DNA from: a virus
IMG/VR virus record: IMGVR_UViG_3300023179_000030
Location: 62,242-126,241 of that record
Length of the DNA stretch: 64,000 nt
Reading direction: 5' to 3' (one strand)
The notes beneath the pieces were generated by a model, which saw nothing but the letters and a program-made list of their open reading frames with translations, searched no databases and was not told where the DNA came from. Position numbers and translations under genes: made by a program. This document shows positions 9,224-19,489 of this stretch, piece by piece (within the stretch, counting starts at the first letter, position 1; the number at the start of each line of letters is the position of its first letter).

Positions 9224-9246
9224 TTTGAATCTCCTTGAGTTTTTTA

Positions 9247-9275
9247 ATAATAGCAATTAAGAACTAAAATGTCAA
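9247..9275 (-). promoter_or_regulatory. sigma70-type promoter for the gp55-like gene
   Basis: TTGACA-17-TATTAT with extended TG. Confidence 0.7.
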
Positions 9276-9302
9276 CCTTAATAATACCTTATATTTAAGG
9301 CA

Positions 9303-9308
9303 TAAATA
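9303..9308 (+). promoter_or_regulatory. Late-type promoter TAAATA heading the structural operon
   Basis: The same hexamer precedes genes at 16040, 19458, 32500 and 32891 (+), and at 655, 50891 and 52215 (-). Confidence 0.5.
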
Positions 9309-9326
9309 TCTAATACAAAGATTTAT

Positions 9327-10238
9327 ATGTCAGCATCAGATTTTTTTTCACTATCTAATAATTCGGATTCGACCTCCCCTGATGGGACTTCAAGATCGCA
9401 AAGTATTGCACCTCTGAACACAGGGGCAAATCCCAATGATCCAAGTTCTATTAGATTAAGTATGTCTGGGCTATTCAGTGGTGCTACACAAGCATTCAAA
9501 AGTGTTGCAGGACAAGTAATAGGCAGTATAGATGCAAGATCCAGTGCAGCAAGTGCAATTAAACCCGAATCAGACTGGCGTGTACGCATTAGTATGCAGC
9601 CATTTTCCTCATTTTACAAGTTATCAACAACAGCTAATAACTCAATAATGAGTCCATTGGTAGAAACCAATGGTGTAGTCTTCCCCTATACTCCAAATAT
9701 TACGATCACGCATAATGCTAGGTATGGTACCACACAGCTAACTCACAGCAATTATTCCAGTTTCAATTATGAGGGTAGTGAAGTAGCGGCCATCACTATA
9801 GCGGCTGATTTTACTGTACAAAATATATCTGAAGGTCAGTATCTAATGGCTGTAATACAATTTTTCAGGTCGTGCACCAAAATGTTTTATGGTAATGAAC
9901 CGTTAGCTGGGACCCCGCCTCCATTGGTATTTTTAGATGGTTATGGGTCACATTATTTGCCACATATTCCCTGTGTGGTCATGTCTTTTCAACATACAAT
10001 GCCCGCAGATGTAGATTATCTAGCAGTGCCAATCGGAGTTGATTTAAAAAACATTCAGGGCAATGCATTGGACACAAACCTAACAAAGAAAACATATTTA
10101 CCAACTATGAGTTCGTTGTCTGTTACCCTACAACCAGTTTACAGTAAAAATAATGTTGCTAGAAATTTTACATTGGAAAAATTTGCTGCTGGATCATTGG
10201 CGAGATCTGGTTCTGACATCACTGGAGGATTTCTATAA
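9327..10238 (+). CDS. Baseplate / tail-tube initiator-like protein
   Basis: GVVFPYTPNI and GTPPPLVFLDGYG motifs. First gene of the baseplate cluster. Confidence 0.5.
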   Translation: MSASDFFSLSNNSDSTSPDGTSRSQSIAPLNTGANPNDPSSIRLSMSGLFSGATQAFKSVAGQVIGSIDARSSAASAIKPESDWRVRISMQPFSSFYKLSTTANNSIMSPLVETNGVVFPYTPNITITHNARYGTTQLTHSNYSSFNYEGSEVAAITIAADFTVQNISEGQYLMAVIQFFRSCTKMFYGNEPLAGTPPPLVFLDGYGSHYLPHIPCVVMSFQHTMPADVDYLAVPIGVDLKNIQGNALDTNLTKKTYLPTMSSLSVTLQPVYSKNNVARNFTLEKFAAGSLARSGSDITGGFL

Positions 10239-10543
10239 TGGCACAAGCTGTTCAATATGCTAAAAATAGCCCATATTCCAAAACATCCACCTATGGTAAG
10301 TATTTAGATATAGCAGTGCTGCCCACTATACCTAGACTCAATGATGATGTGATTTTTTCGGTGAACAAAACTTATCAATATCGTCCAGATTTACTGGCAT
10401 TTGACTTATATGGTGATGCGGGATTGTGGTGGGTATTTGCCTTACGTAACCCCAATACTATACAAGATCCTATATTTGGTATGGAGATAGGTGTGCAAAT
10501 ATTCCTTCCTAAAAAAGAAACTATAATGCCCTTGGTGAGTTAA
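10238..10543 (+). CDS. LysM-like baseplate wedge protein (gp53-like)
   Basis: YRPDLLAFDLYGDAGLWWVFALRN motif. Confidence 0.75.
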   Translation: MAQAVQYAKNSPYSKTSTYGKYLDIAVLPTIPRLNDDVIFSVNKTYQYRPDLLAFDLYGDAGLWWVFALRNPNTIQDPIFGMEIGVQIFLPKKETIMPLVS

Positions 10544-10546
10544 TTA

Positions 10547-13453
10547 ATGGCCACTAGCAACACATCAGATCCAGTCTTAGATGCCGTCAATGTTGCCCCC
10601 TTGACCGAGCAGGAACAGAAAAACACAATCGGAAAGGTGTCAATTTCTGGCTATCCTTCTTTCGTAGACAATACTTCTATTGCTAAACAAATAGAGCTTA
10701 ACAAAAAATTAGCCCCCCTAGGTCAAACTTTGGCGACTATATTACAACAAGAACTAGGCTATGCATTGTATAATGCAGAATTCGATGCTTGGGTAATAAC
10801 CACCACCGGAACTAGCTCTAATTTAGGAACACAGACTGGTCCTGGAGACCCTAGATTTTTAAATTCTGACTATTTGTCATCAACTCCGGGATCCAATACA
10901 CTGCCAAACAATGGAAGTTCCAGTAATTTTGATAGACCTCAGGTGGCCTGCGTAAATCCTCTGCACGACTACGACACTTATACTTACTCATTGAGTCTAC
11001 ATCTAATATCAACTGATCAGTTTAAAGCTGTAATTGAAGATCCCAAAAAGGAATATATACCCAAACATGTATTGGTGAGTAGTGCAGGTAGGTACAATGA
11101 CAACACATTTGCTAGGAATAAATTTTTCACAGAAGATTTCTTTTTTGAAGAATTTAAAATGACAACTTATATAAACACTACTCAGAGGTCTAGAAACAGC
11201 AACTTAATAGAATGCAGTTTTACAATTATAGAACCCAATGGGTTTACTTTTATCAATAGACTCATGTCTGCTTCCTATAGTTCAGTGGCCAATGGGGGTG
11301 TTGCATCTAAGAACTATCTAGCACAACCATACATACTGCAAATTGATTTCTTTGGCACACGTGGTGATAATATGACCATGGGGAAAATACCCAACTGTAC
11401 TAAAATATTGCCCATTAGACTCATTGACATGCAGTCAAGAATTAGTTCCAAAGGCACCGAATATCGCTTTACTGCCACAGCATTTAATCATCAAGCATAT
11501 AATCAATCAATTGTGGTGACCCCTGCGAATTTCCAAGTTAAAGCAACCACAGTGGCTGAGGTGTTTGGGCTGGGGTCAGTGCAAAAGACAGACGTAATAT
11601 CATTTGAACAACAGCAGAGACTTGAACAACAAAACGAACAAGCGAAACGGGATGTTTTAACCAGTAGAAGTGCACCCACCGCCAACCCATTAGACAGTTG
11701 GCAAGCCAGTGGGTCATTGGGTAAAACTCTGGACAATAAAGTTTTTACTGTGACTGGTTTGACTGATGCGTATAATGCATATTATGCTGCCTTGAAAGAT
11801 AGAAAGCAAATCTCAGGGGTCAACAAAATCAGCGTCAAATTTCATGAATCCATTGGAAATGCGCTATTGCATCCTAAATCGGGACCTGTAAATATTACAC
11901 AGGCCACGGCTGGTGGTGGACAATCCGAAACTGATAAAAAAACAGATATTCAGCTAGCTGGCAATGCCACCAAAGGACGTATAGATTTTAATAGTGGAAC
12001 ATTGAACGTAGCTGCCGGCACACAGATAGATGTTTTAATAGATTGGGCTATACGCAATAGCGCATATATAGGTAAACAACTTTTAGATCCAACAAGCAGC
12101 GAGCGTAGAGATGTCACCGGCGCGACCCAGCTCAAAACTCCATTGCAACATTATAAAATTGTGCCACAGCTTAAATTGCTGGATTACGATGAAAAAAATG
12201 GTCGATATGCCATGGAAGTTACTTATTATGTAAAACCCTTTATTATGCAGTCCAGTTATCCCTATGGTCCATTGGGTCGTGTCCCAGGTTGGGTCAAGGA
12301 ATATAACTATATTTTTACTGGCGGCAGAAGTAGGGTCACAGGTGAAAACCTCAGCAATAGAGATGTAATTGATTTGCAATTAGAATTCAACATGAATTAT
12401 TACAATCAAATTACTTCCACTAGAAATTTTGGTAGACTGGGGGAAACAGCACAAAACACGGCAGGGGATCAAAAGTTACAGCGTGAAAATGATGGGGCCC
12501 TAGGGAATAGCAACGGAGATGCCCCCAATGCTGGGTCTTACCCAACTATTCCCTGGGATCCAGCTCAACCACGCACCAATAATTTTGTTGCCAATGATAT
12601 AACGCGATCAAATAGAACAGGTCCCAACCAAGCACAAGCAGTAGACGGTGCAGATTTATCTAATTCATTGATGCTATCTGCCAAAGGGGACATGATTAAT
12701 ATTAAACTGAAGATCATAGGTGACCCACAGCTTATCAAGCAAGACGACATTTTTTATGGGCAAGGACTTGAGGCCACCACATCGCAATGGATCAGTGACA
12801 GCAATAACAGTCTATGGATGGACAATGGTGAACTTTATGTCTTTGTTAATTTCAAAAGCCCCCAAGATTATGATGAACGCACAGGGCTAGCAGTTTCAGA
12901 TAATAGCCAAACTAATTATTCTAGTTTCAGCGGTGTATACAAAATAATAACAATAGATAATTTATTCTCACGTGGTAAATTTGAACAAACACTGGATTTG
13001 GTCAAATTACCTATAACTGATAATGTTAGGAATATGAACAGCTATGCTAGAGAAAGTACGGTGACAAATTTAACTAGCTCATTGAATTATACTGAGCCAT
13101 TGGCTAGAAGTGCAGGTCCACGAGTACTACAAAATCAAATCAATTCGGCGGCCAACAATGCATTTGCAGCAGCATCATCATTGGCTAATTCAGTAACAGG
13201 TAGATTAACTCAGGTTACAAAGGATGCAGTAGAAGGTAAACTAAGCCAATTCACAGGTGAAGTCACAGGGTTGCTTACAACTGGGTTAAAAGATATTTCG
13301 GACCAGTTACCGTCGTTAAATACTATTAAAAATATACAACTAGTATTGGCTGACCCCAATTCTCTAGTGGATACTGCAATTAACACCGTGACTAGCGAAG
13401 CAAATCAGTTGGTTAATTCTGCATTTGATTCTGTTACATCACTTTTCTCTTAG
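10547..13453 (+). CDS. Baseplate hub protein (gp27/late control D-like)
   Basis: Lies between gp53-like and gp5-like genes. LKIIGDP and FSGVYKII...F..GKFEQTL hub motifs. Confidence 0.55.
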   Translation: MATSNTSDPVLDAVNVAPLTEQEQKNTIGKVSISGYPSFVDNTSIAKQIELNKKLAPLGQTLATILQQELGYALYNAEFDAWVITTTGTSSNLGTQTGPGDPRFLNSDYLSSTPGSNTLPNNGSSSNFDRPQVACVNPLHDYDTYTYSLSLHLISTDQFKAVIEDPKKEYIPKHVLVSSAGRYNDNTFARNKFFTEDFFFEEFKMTTYINTTQRSRNSNLIECSFTIIEPNGFTFINRLMSASYSSVANGGVASKNYLAQPYILQIDFFGTRGDNMTMGKIPNCTKILPIRLIDMQSRISSKGTEYRFTATAFNHQAYNQSIVVTPANFQVKATTVAEVFGLGSVQKTDVISFEQQQRLEQQNEQAKRDVLTSRSAPTANPLDSWQASGSLGKTLDNKVFTVTGLTDAYNAYYAALKDRKQISGVNKISVKFHESIGNALLHPKSGPVNITQATAGGGQSETDKKTDIQLAGNATKGRIDFNSGTLNVAAGTQIDVLIDWAIRNSAYIGKQLLDPTSSERRDVTGATQLKTPLQHYKIVPQLKLLDYDEKNGRYAMEVTYYVKPFIMQSSYPYGPLGRVPGWVKEYNYIFTGGRSRVTGENLSNRDVIDLQLEFNMNYYNQITSTRNFGRLGETAQNTAGDQKLQRENDGALGNSNGDAPNAGSYPTIPWDPAQPRTNNFVANDITRSNRTGPNQAQAVDGADLSNSLMLSAKGDMINIKLKIIGDPQLIKQDDIFYGQGLEATTSQWISDSNNSLWMDNGELYVFVNFKSPQDYDERTGLAVSDNSQTNYSSFSGVYKIITIDNLFSRGKFEQTLDLVKLPITDNVRNMNSYARESTVTNLTSSLNYTEPLARSAGPRVLQNQINSAANNAFAAASSLANSVTGRLTQVTKDAVEGKLSQFTGEVTGLLTTGLKDISDQLPSLNTIKNIQLVLADPNSLVDTAINTVTSEANQLVNSAFDSVTSLFS

Positions 13454-13470
13454 AAACTGGATTTTAATTT

Positions 13471-15621
13471 ATGTTTGACAAAACCTTAGGTACAAAACGC
13501 GCCACATTCGCAGACTCAACTAAGGCTGAAATACCACTACGCCTGGGGATATACAAGGGTATTATTAAAAAAGTAGACCGAGAAACTAGAAATGGTAGGC
13601 TTTATGTTTATATAGATGGACCTGGCAGTGCCGATCCTGATAACCCATCGGGCTGGTCAGCGGTTACCTACGCAAGTCCCTATGGTGGTACTACAACTGG
13701 CCCGCAGACTGTAAACACAGTCAATGACTTTGCCAATACAAAACAAACCTATGGTATGTTTATGAGTCCACCTGACGTAGGCAGCACAGTTTTGTGTTGT
13801 TTCCCCAATGGTGAAAATGAAGGATATTGGTTTGCCTGCATTAACCATAATCTAAGCAAATACATGGTACCAGCAATTGGGGCAGTGGATAGAAGCAAAA
13901 TCAATGAAGCCAGCATACCTGCAAATCTCAAAGATATATTGCAGCCCGGAAATTTTTACCCTGTGGGAGAATTCAATGAAAATGAAACTAGTCCTTTTAG
14001 TAAGTCTGATTGGGTAAACTGGCCCAAACCACTGCATATACCTCAGACATTAAATCTTATTCGACAGGGTTTAGACAGTGATAGGGTCAGAGGCGCTATA
14101 TCTAGCAGTATACAACGTGACCCCATTAGTTCAGTACTGGGATTCAGTACACCTGGTAGGCCAATATCAAAACAAGATCCCGCCAATGTTAAAAATTTAG
14201 CAGATATTTTAAAAACCGGGTCATTTAACTCATCACAATTTGATGTAACCACCAGAGTTGGTGGTCATACATTGGTTATGGATGATGGTGATATTTTTGG
14301 TACTGACAATTTATTAAGATTAAAAACTTCAGCAGGACATCAATTATTAATGAACGACACCGAGGGTATTGTCTACATCAGCAATGCTTCGGGCAATGCT
14401 TGGGTGGAATTAACCAAAGATGGAGACGTATTGATCTATGGTAAACGAGACCTAGCAATTAATACCGAGGGGAATATCATGATGCACAGTGCAAAAAATA
14501 TTTCCTTTAACGCACAAAAAAATATTGACATGCATGCTGGTGCAGCAATTAGAATGGAATCTCCGGTTATACAAACTAATGCAGGGCAAACATTGACACT
14601 GTACGGTAAAAAAACTCAGATAAAGGCAGCAAGTAGTGTTACTATGAATGCAGGAAGTACAATGAGTTTAAAAGCCACAGGAAGTCTAGGGGTTACAGGG
14701 TCTGCTATACTATTAAACAGCGGAGCAATAGGAGCATCAATCCCTACACCACAAAAACTCAAACAATATTCTTTGCCCAACGCACAAAAAAACAGTGTTG
14801 TCTGGCAGATACAGCCCAACGCTATAAGTTCTATCAATTATAAAATCCCTACACACGAACCCTATATAAGGCAAACCACTGATACTGCTACTCAGACCAC
14901 CGTTGTCGATGAGGGAACCAGCGTGGATATTGATGGTAACGTAATACGACCACCCAAAATTTATTCGGCACCTGGACCAAGCCGGGCAATGTCGGCGGCA
15001 GTTAAAAGACCAGCTCCAACCTCATCGTTTATTAATCAGACAGACACAGGAAGATCTCTGGGCAATCTAAACAAAGACCAATACCGAGCCTATCTCGCAC
15101 AGCTCGGATACACTGAAAGCGGCGGCAATTATATACCAACAAACTCTAATTCTTCGGTGCCGGGCACTAATCAATTTGGGTATGTGGGTAAGTATCAGCT
15201 TGGAGCCGCAGCACTTGCCGACCTAGGGTTAGTAAAATCGGGAACAGTACAAAATGTTGACGCAATAAATAATCCCAATAACTGGATAGGTGGAACTGGT
15301 AAACCAGCAAATCTTCAAGAGTTTTTGGCAAATCCAGACTACCAAGAACAAGCCATGTATAATTATACCAAAGACAATTACTCAGCATTGCAAAAATATG
15401 GATTAATAACCGCAGAAACATCAGCAGAAGAAACTGCGGGGCTCTTGTCAGCCGCACATATCGGTGGTGCTGGTGGCACAAATAAATGGTTTAAAGGTGG
15501 CTTGGATGCTTCAGACGCCAATGGTACAAGTATTAGTCAATACTATAATCAAGGTAGATACAGCCAGACACAAGTAAGTACTATAATTGCCAGCAATGCC
15601 AGTAAACCTGGACTGATTTAA
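13471..15621 (+). CDS. Central spike gp5/VgrG-like protein with C-terminal lysozyme-like domain
   Basis: OB-fold (GRLYVYI, PPDVGSTV), beta-helix repeats, and C-terminal TESGGNY...GKYQLG...AAHIGG. Confidence 0.75.
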   Translation: MFDKTLGTKRATFADSTKAEIPLRLGIYKGIIKKVDRETRNGRLYVYIDGPGSADPDNPSGWSAVTYASPYGGTTTGPQTVNTVNDFANTKQTYGMFMSPPDVGSTVLCCFPNGENEGYWFACINHNLSKYMVPAIGAVDRSKINEASIPANLKDILQPGNFYPVGEFNENETSPFSKSDWVNWPKPLHIPQTLNLIRQGLDSDRVRGAISSSIQRDPISSVLGFSTPGRPISKQDPANVKNLADILKTGSFNSSQFDVTTRVGGHTLVMDDGDIFGTDNLLRLKTSAGHQLLMNDTEGIVYISNASGNAWVELTKDGDVLIYGKRDLAINTEGNIMMHSAKNISFNAQKNIDMHAGAAIRMESPVIQTNAGQTLTLYGKKTQIKAASSVTMNAGSTMSLKATGSLGVTGSAILLNSGAIGASIPTPQKLKQYSLPNAQKNSVVWQIQPNAISSINYKIPTHEPYIRQTTDTATQTTVVDEGTSVDIDGNVIRPPKIYSAPGPSRAMSAAVKRPAPTSSFINQTDTGRSLGNLNKDQYRAYLAQLGYTESGGNYIPTNSNSSVPGTNQFGYVGKYQLGAAALADLGLVKSGTVQNVDAINNPNNWIGGTGKPANLQEFLANPDYQEQAMYNYTKDNYSALQKYGLITAETSAEETAGLLSAAHIGGAGGTNKWFKGGLDASDANGTSISQYYNQGRYSQTQVSTIIASNASKPGLI

Positions 15622-15640
15622 CTAATAAAAGGAAAAAGCA

Positions 15641-16018
15641 ATGGCGCTATATAACGGTTTTAGTACAGTTGGAAGGAATAAACATTTTCGCATCACCAAT
15701 TTTGAATTGGTTAAACAGGATTTAATCAATCATTTCAATGTACGCAAAGGTGAAAAAGTAATGAACCCAGATTTTGGTACAATAATCTGGGATACGTTAT
15801 TTGAGCCATTGGATGAGGATACAAAAAATACTATAGCACAGGATATTAGACGTATTATAGCTTCAGATCCCAGAGTTGCCGCTCAAAATATCATTATAAC
15901 TCAATTTGAAAAGGGTCTACAGATTGAAATAGAGCTAATTTACATTTCCAGCAATCAAACCAGTACCTTGGCTTTGACCTTTAATCAAGATTCCCGTAAT
16001 ATCACTAGAACTCTTTAA
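15641..16018 (+). CDS. gp25: Baseplate wedge gp25-like
   Basis: RKGEKVMNPDFGTIIWDTLFEP...DPRV motif. Confidence 0.85.
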   Translation: MALYNGFSTVGRNKHFRITNFELVKQDLINHFNVRKGEKVMNPDFGTIIWDTLFEPLDEDTKNTIAQDIRRIIASDPRVAAQNIIITQFEKGLQIEIELIYISSNQTSTLALTFNQDSRNITRTL

Positions 16019-16072
16019 TAGTACCATATTTTGACGTGCTAAATATTAAAAAGATATCAGCAAGGCAAATCA

Positions 16073-19000
16073 ATGGCAAATACCACACGTCAAAATTCAC
16101 TATTGGTCAATCAAGATTGGACTAGGGTCTACGAGAGTTTTAGAAACGCAGACTTTCAAAGTTATGATTTTCAGACCCTACGTAAAAGTATGGTTGACTA
16201 TCTGCAAATTTACTATCCCGAAGATTTCAATGATTTTGTCGAGTCCAGTGAATATATTGCATTAATTGACTTGATTGCCTTTTTGGGTCAAAGTCTAGCG
16301 TTTAGAACAGACTTAAACGCCAGAGAAAATTTTATTGACACTGCTGAAAGAAGGGACAGTGTTTTAAAATTAGCTAGATTAATTAGCTATGTGCCCAAAC
16401 GTAATCAAACTGCTTCGGGATTTCTGAAATTTGACAGTGTTCAAACCACCGAAAGTTTAACTGACAGCAATGGGTTAGACCTAACAAATTTAATTGTAAA
16501 ATGGAACGACAGCACAAATAATAATTGGTATGAACAATTCGCTACCATTATAAATGCAGCATTGCCCAACAATCAATTAGTAGGCAGACCAGCAAACAGC
16601 AAAGTAATCGGTGGTATAACTAATGAGGAGTACAATTTAAATATATCTCCTGGGGCCTTGCCCATATATAAGTTTTCTACACAAGTAGAGAACTCGGCAT
16701 TGTCATTTGAGGTTGTCAGTGGTACAAGTGCAGATAAGGAATACATATATGAGGCCGCACCTTACCCAGGAAAACCACTAAACATATTATACAAGAATGA
16801 CAATTTAGGCAATGCCAGCAACAACACAGGGTTTTTCTTTTACTTTAAACAGGGTGACTTACAAAACTTAGACTTTAGCTTTGCGGAAAATATCCCAAAT
16901 AATATAGCATCAATAAATTATGATAATATCAACAACACCGATGTTTGGTTATACGAACTCAGTAATTTAAACTCAATTTTAACTCAATGGGAACAAACCC
17001 CTGCGGTCAGTGGTGTCAACATCATTTATAACAGTAACGCAGCTAAGAAAAGTTTTCAAGTAACAACTAGGAACAATGACCAGATTAATCTAGTTTTCGG
17101 TGATGGTACATTTGCTGCTATACCTCAGGGTAGATTTAGGGCATATTTTAGAACCAGCGCAGGTTTAGATTACAAGATAACTCCAGATGAAATGCAAAAC
17201 ATTTCTATGTCTATACCCTATGTCAGCAGATTGGGTAGGCTTGAAACTCTTACAGTGGTTGCCAGTTTAAAATATACAGTAGTCAACGCTATTTCCAGGG
17301 AAAGTATATCAGATATAAAAGCCAAGGCACCACAGCAATACTACACACAAAATCGAATGATTACAGGAGAGGACTACAATACTTTCCCTTACAGTAAGTT
17401 CAACTCTATAAGCAAAGTAAAATCGGTAAATCGAACAAGTAGCGGGGTAAGTAGATATTTGGATGTAATTGACTCCACCGGAACTTATTCTAGTACGAAT
17501 ATTTTTGGTGAGGATGGCATTTTATACAAAAATAATATTAATCCAAATATAGATTTTACTTGGACTACCACAGCTGACATCAATCGCATAATTCAAAATC
17601 AAATTATACCTGAGGTAGAGTCCAAGTCTTTGCAGCATTTTTATTATAAAAATTTTACTAGGTTTGCTCTCAGCACTTTATATTGGAATAGAACTACAGT
17701 GGGATCAAATTCTTCGACTGGGTATTTTGTAAATGGAACTGGGGTAGCACAGCAAGTAGGATATGGTGTAGTTGGGAATAATTCTTATATTACCAATGGT
17801 AGCATAGTAATTTTTAGCCCTGGCTCAGGGAATTATTTTAACTCATTGAACGAAATAGTTGCGTTGCCAACAAGTGGTTTACTGCCCAGCAATGGACAGC
17901 TACTGTTATATGTTGCCGTGACTAATCTAATTGGAAATGGGAATCAGGGAGTTTTAAGTACAGGCTATGGTCCAGTGTCACTGAGTGAAAATGTACCAGC
18001 CAATGCCCAAGCTATAACTGTTATCCCGGCGTTTAGTAATAGTTTTAGCACCACATTTGTGACAACATTGATTCAATTGATATCTTCATACAGTGAATTT
18101 GGAATTAGGTACAATCAGTCCACTAGAGAATGGGTGTTGGTCTTAGAGCAAGATTTAGATAGTTCCAGTGCATTTAGCCAAGCAAATCAGGGATCGTCAA
18201 CTGGTGCCAATTTAGATGCAAGTTGGTTAATGCATTTTACAGTCAGCGGTCTCACTTATACTGTAGTTACCCGAGGATTGGATTATATATTTGAAAGTAG
18301 CAAACAAACAAAGTTTTATTTTGACAAAACAGTTAAAGTTTTTGATAAGACCACTGGCCTAACGATCAATGACAATATCAATATATTAAAGGTCAATGGT
18401 GATCCTGATACCAACTACCCCCTAACTAAAAACATAATTTGGAACATTTATAATCAAAAGGAAGAAGCCGATGGGTATATTAATACAAATAGTGTAAATG
18501 TTACATTCAGTGACTCAAATGACGACGGTGTGCCAGACAATCCTGATATTTTTGATACTATAGTTGCCCCAAGTGTTAACTCAAACAACAAATACGTTTT
18601 TTTACAATCAGTACTGGGATATAATAATTTTGAAACATATGTTCCTGTTAGTAATGAGTTAGTAAATACTAGCTATGGCCTAAAATCTTCCATATTACCA
18701 TATATCAACAATTATGTAATAGGACAAATATTCTATGCCACAGAGTCTAACTTATTCTATGTGCTAACATTAACTGGTTCTACTAGGTCACTGGTCTTGG
18801 ACACAACCTATACTGCTTATGTGGGTCGTCAGGATTTATATTTTCAATATAGACATAATGCTCCCGGGGATAGAAGAATAGACCCAACCCCCAGCAACCT
18901 AATAGATATGTTTATTTTGACCAAGGAATTTGAGACCAACTACAGAACTTGGGCTTTGGATACAACCAATACTGTAACAGAACCAGAAGTCCCCAGCAGT

Positions 19001-19477
19001 GAAACTCTGCGTCTAGCTTATAGCGATCTTGAAAATTATAAAAGTGTCAGTGATGCCATAATTTTCAATAGCGCCAAATTTAAACCATTATTTGGTAGCA
19101 AGGCCTCATCAGAACTTCAAGCTACCTTCAAGGTTATTAAGAACTCTAATATAAATTTAAGTGACAGTGAAATTCGCAGCCAAGTTTTAGCTTATATTAA
19201 TGCGTTCTTTGATACAGGTAACTGGGATTTTGGAGAAACTTTTTACTTCACTGAATTGGCCACTTACATACAGCAGGGATTGGTTCCCAATATCAGCAGC
19301 ATAGTAATTGTGCCCAATAGTGAGACTCAGACTTTTGGATCTCTACAGCAGATTTCCTCGGAACCCAACGAAATTCTCATCAGCTGTGCTACGGTACAGA
19401 ACATAGAAGTAATTAGTGCAATTACTGCTGCACAATTAAACTTGCAAAATCAATCGGTAAATACTGTGATAAATTAA
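16073..19477 (+). CDS. gp6: Baseplate wedge gp6-like
   Basis: YDFQTLR, ENFIDTAERRDSVL, FGDG and QNRMITGEDY motifs. Follows gp25. Confidence 0.8.
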   Translation: MANTTRQNSLLVNQDWTRVYESFRNADFQSYDFQTLRKSMVDYLQIYYPEDFNDFVESSEYIALIDLIAFLGQSLAFRTDLNARENFIDTAERRDSVLKLARLISYVPKRNQTASGFLKFDSVQTTESLTDSNGLDLTNLIVKWNDSTNNNWYEQFATIINAALPNNQLVGRPANSKVIGGITNEEYNLNISPGALPIYKFSTQVENSALSFEVVSGTSADKEYIYEAAPYPGKPLNILYKNDNLGNASNNTGFFFYFKQGDLQNLDFSFAENIPNNIASINYDNINNTDVWLYELSNLNSILTQWEQTPAVSGVNIIYNSNAAKKSFQVTTRNNDQINLVFGDGTFAAIPQGRFRAYFRTSAGLDYKITPDEMQNISMSIPYVSRLGRLETLTVVASLKYTVVNAISRESISDIKAKAPQQYYTQNRMITGEDYNTFPYSKFNSISKVKSVNRTSSGVSRYLDVIDSTGTYSSTNIFGEDGILYKNNINPNIDFTWTTTADINRIIQNQIIPEVESKSLQHFYYKNFTRFALSTLYWNRTTVGSNSSTGYFVNGTGVAQQVGYGVVGNNSYITNGSIVIFSPGSGNYFNSLNEIVALPTSGLLPSNGQLLLYVAVTNLIGNGNQGVLSTGYGPVSLSENVPANAQAITVIPAFSNSFSTTFVTTLIQLISSYSEFGIRYNQSTREWVLVLEQDLDSSSAFSQANQGSSTGANLDASWLMHFTVSGLTYTVVTRGLDYIFESSKQTKFYFDKTVKVFDKTTGLTINDNINILKVNGDPDTNYPLTKNIIWNIYNQKEEADGYINTNSVNVTFSDSNDDGVPDNPDIFDTIVAPSVNSNNKYVFLQSVLGYNNFETYVPVSNELVNTSYGLKSSILPYINNYVIGQIFYATESNLFYVLTLTGSTRSLVLDTTYTAYVGRQDLYFQYRHNAPGDRRIDPTPSNLIDMFILTKEFETNYRTWALDTTNTVTEPEVPSSETLRLAYSDLENYKSVSDAIIFNSAKFKPLFGSKASSELQATFKVIKNSNINLSDSEIRSQVLAYINAFFDTGNWDFGETFYFTELATYIQQGLVPNISSIVIVPNSETQTFGSLQQISSEPNEILISCATVQNIEVISAITAAQLNLQNQSVNTVIN

Positions 19478-19489
19478 TAATTTAGATTC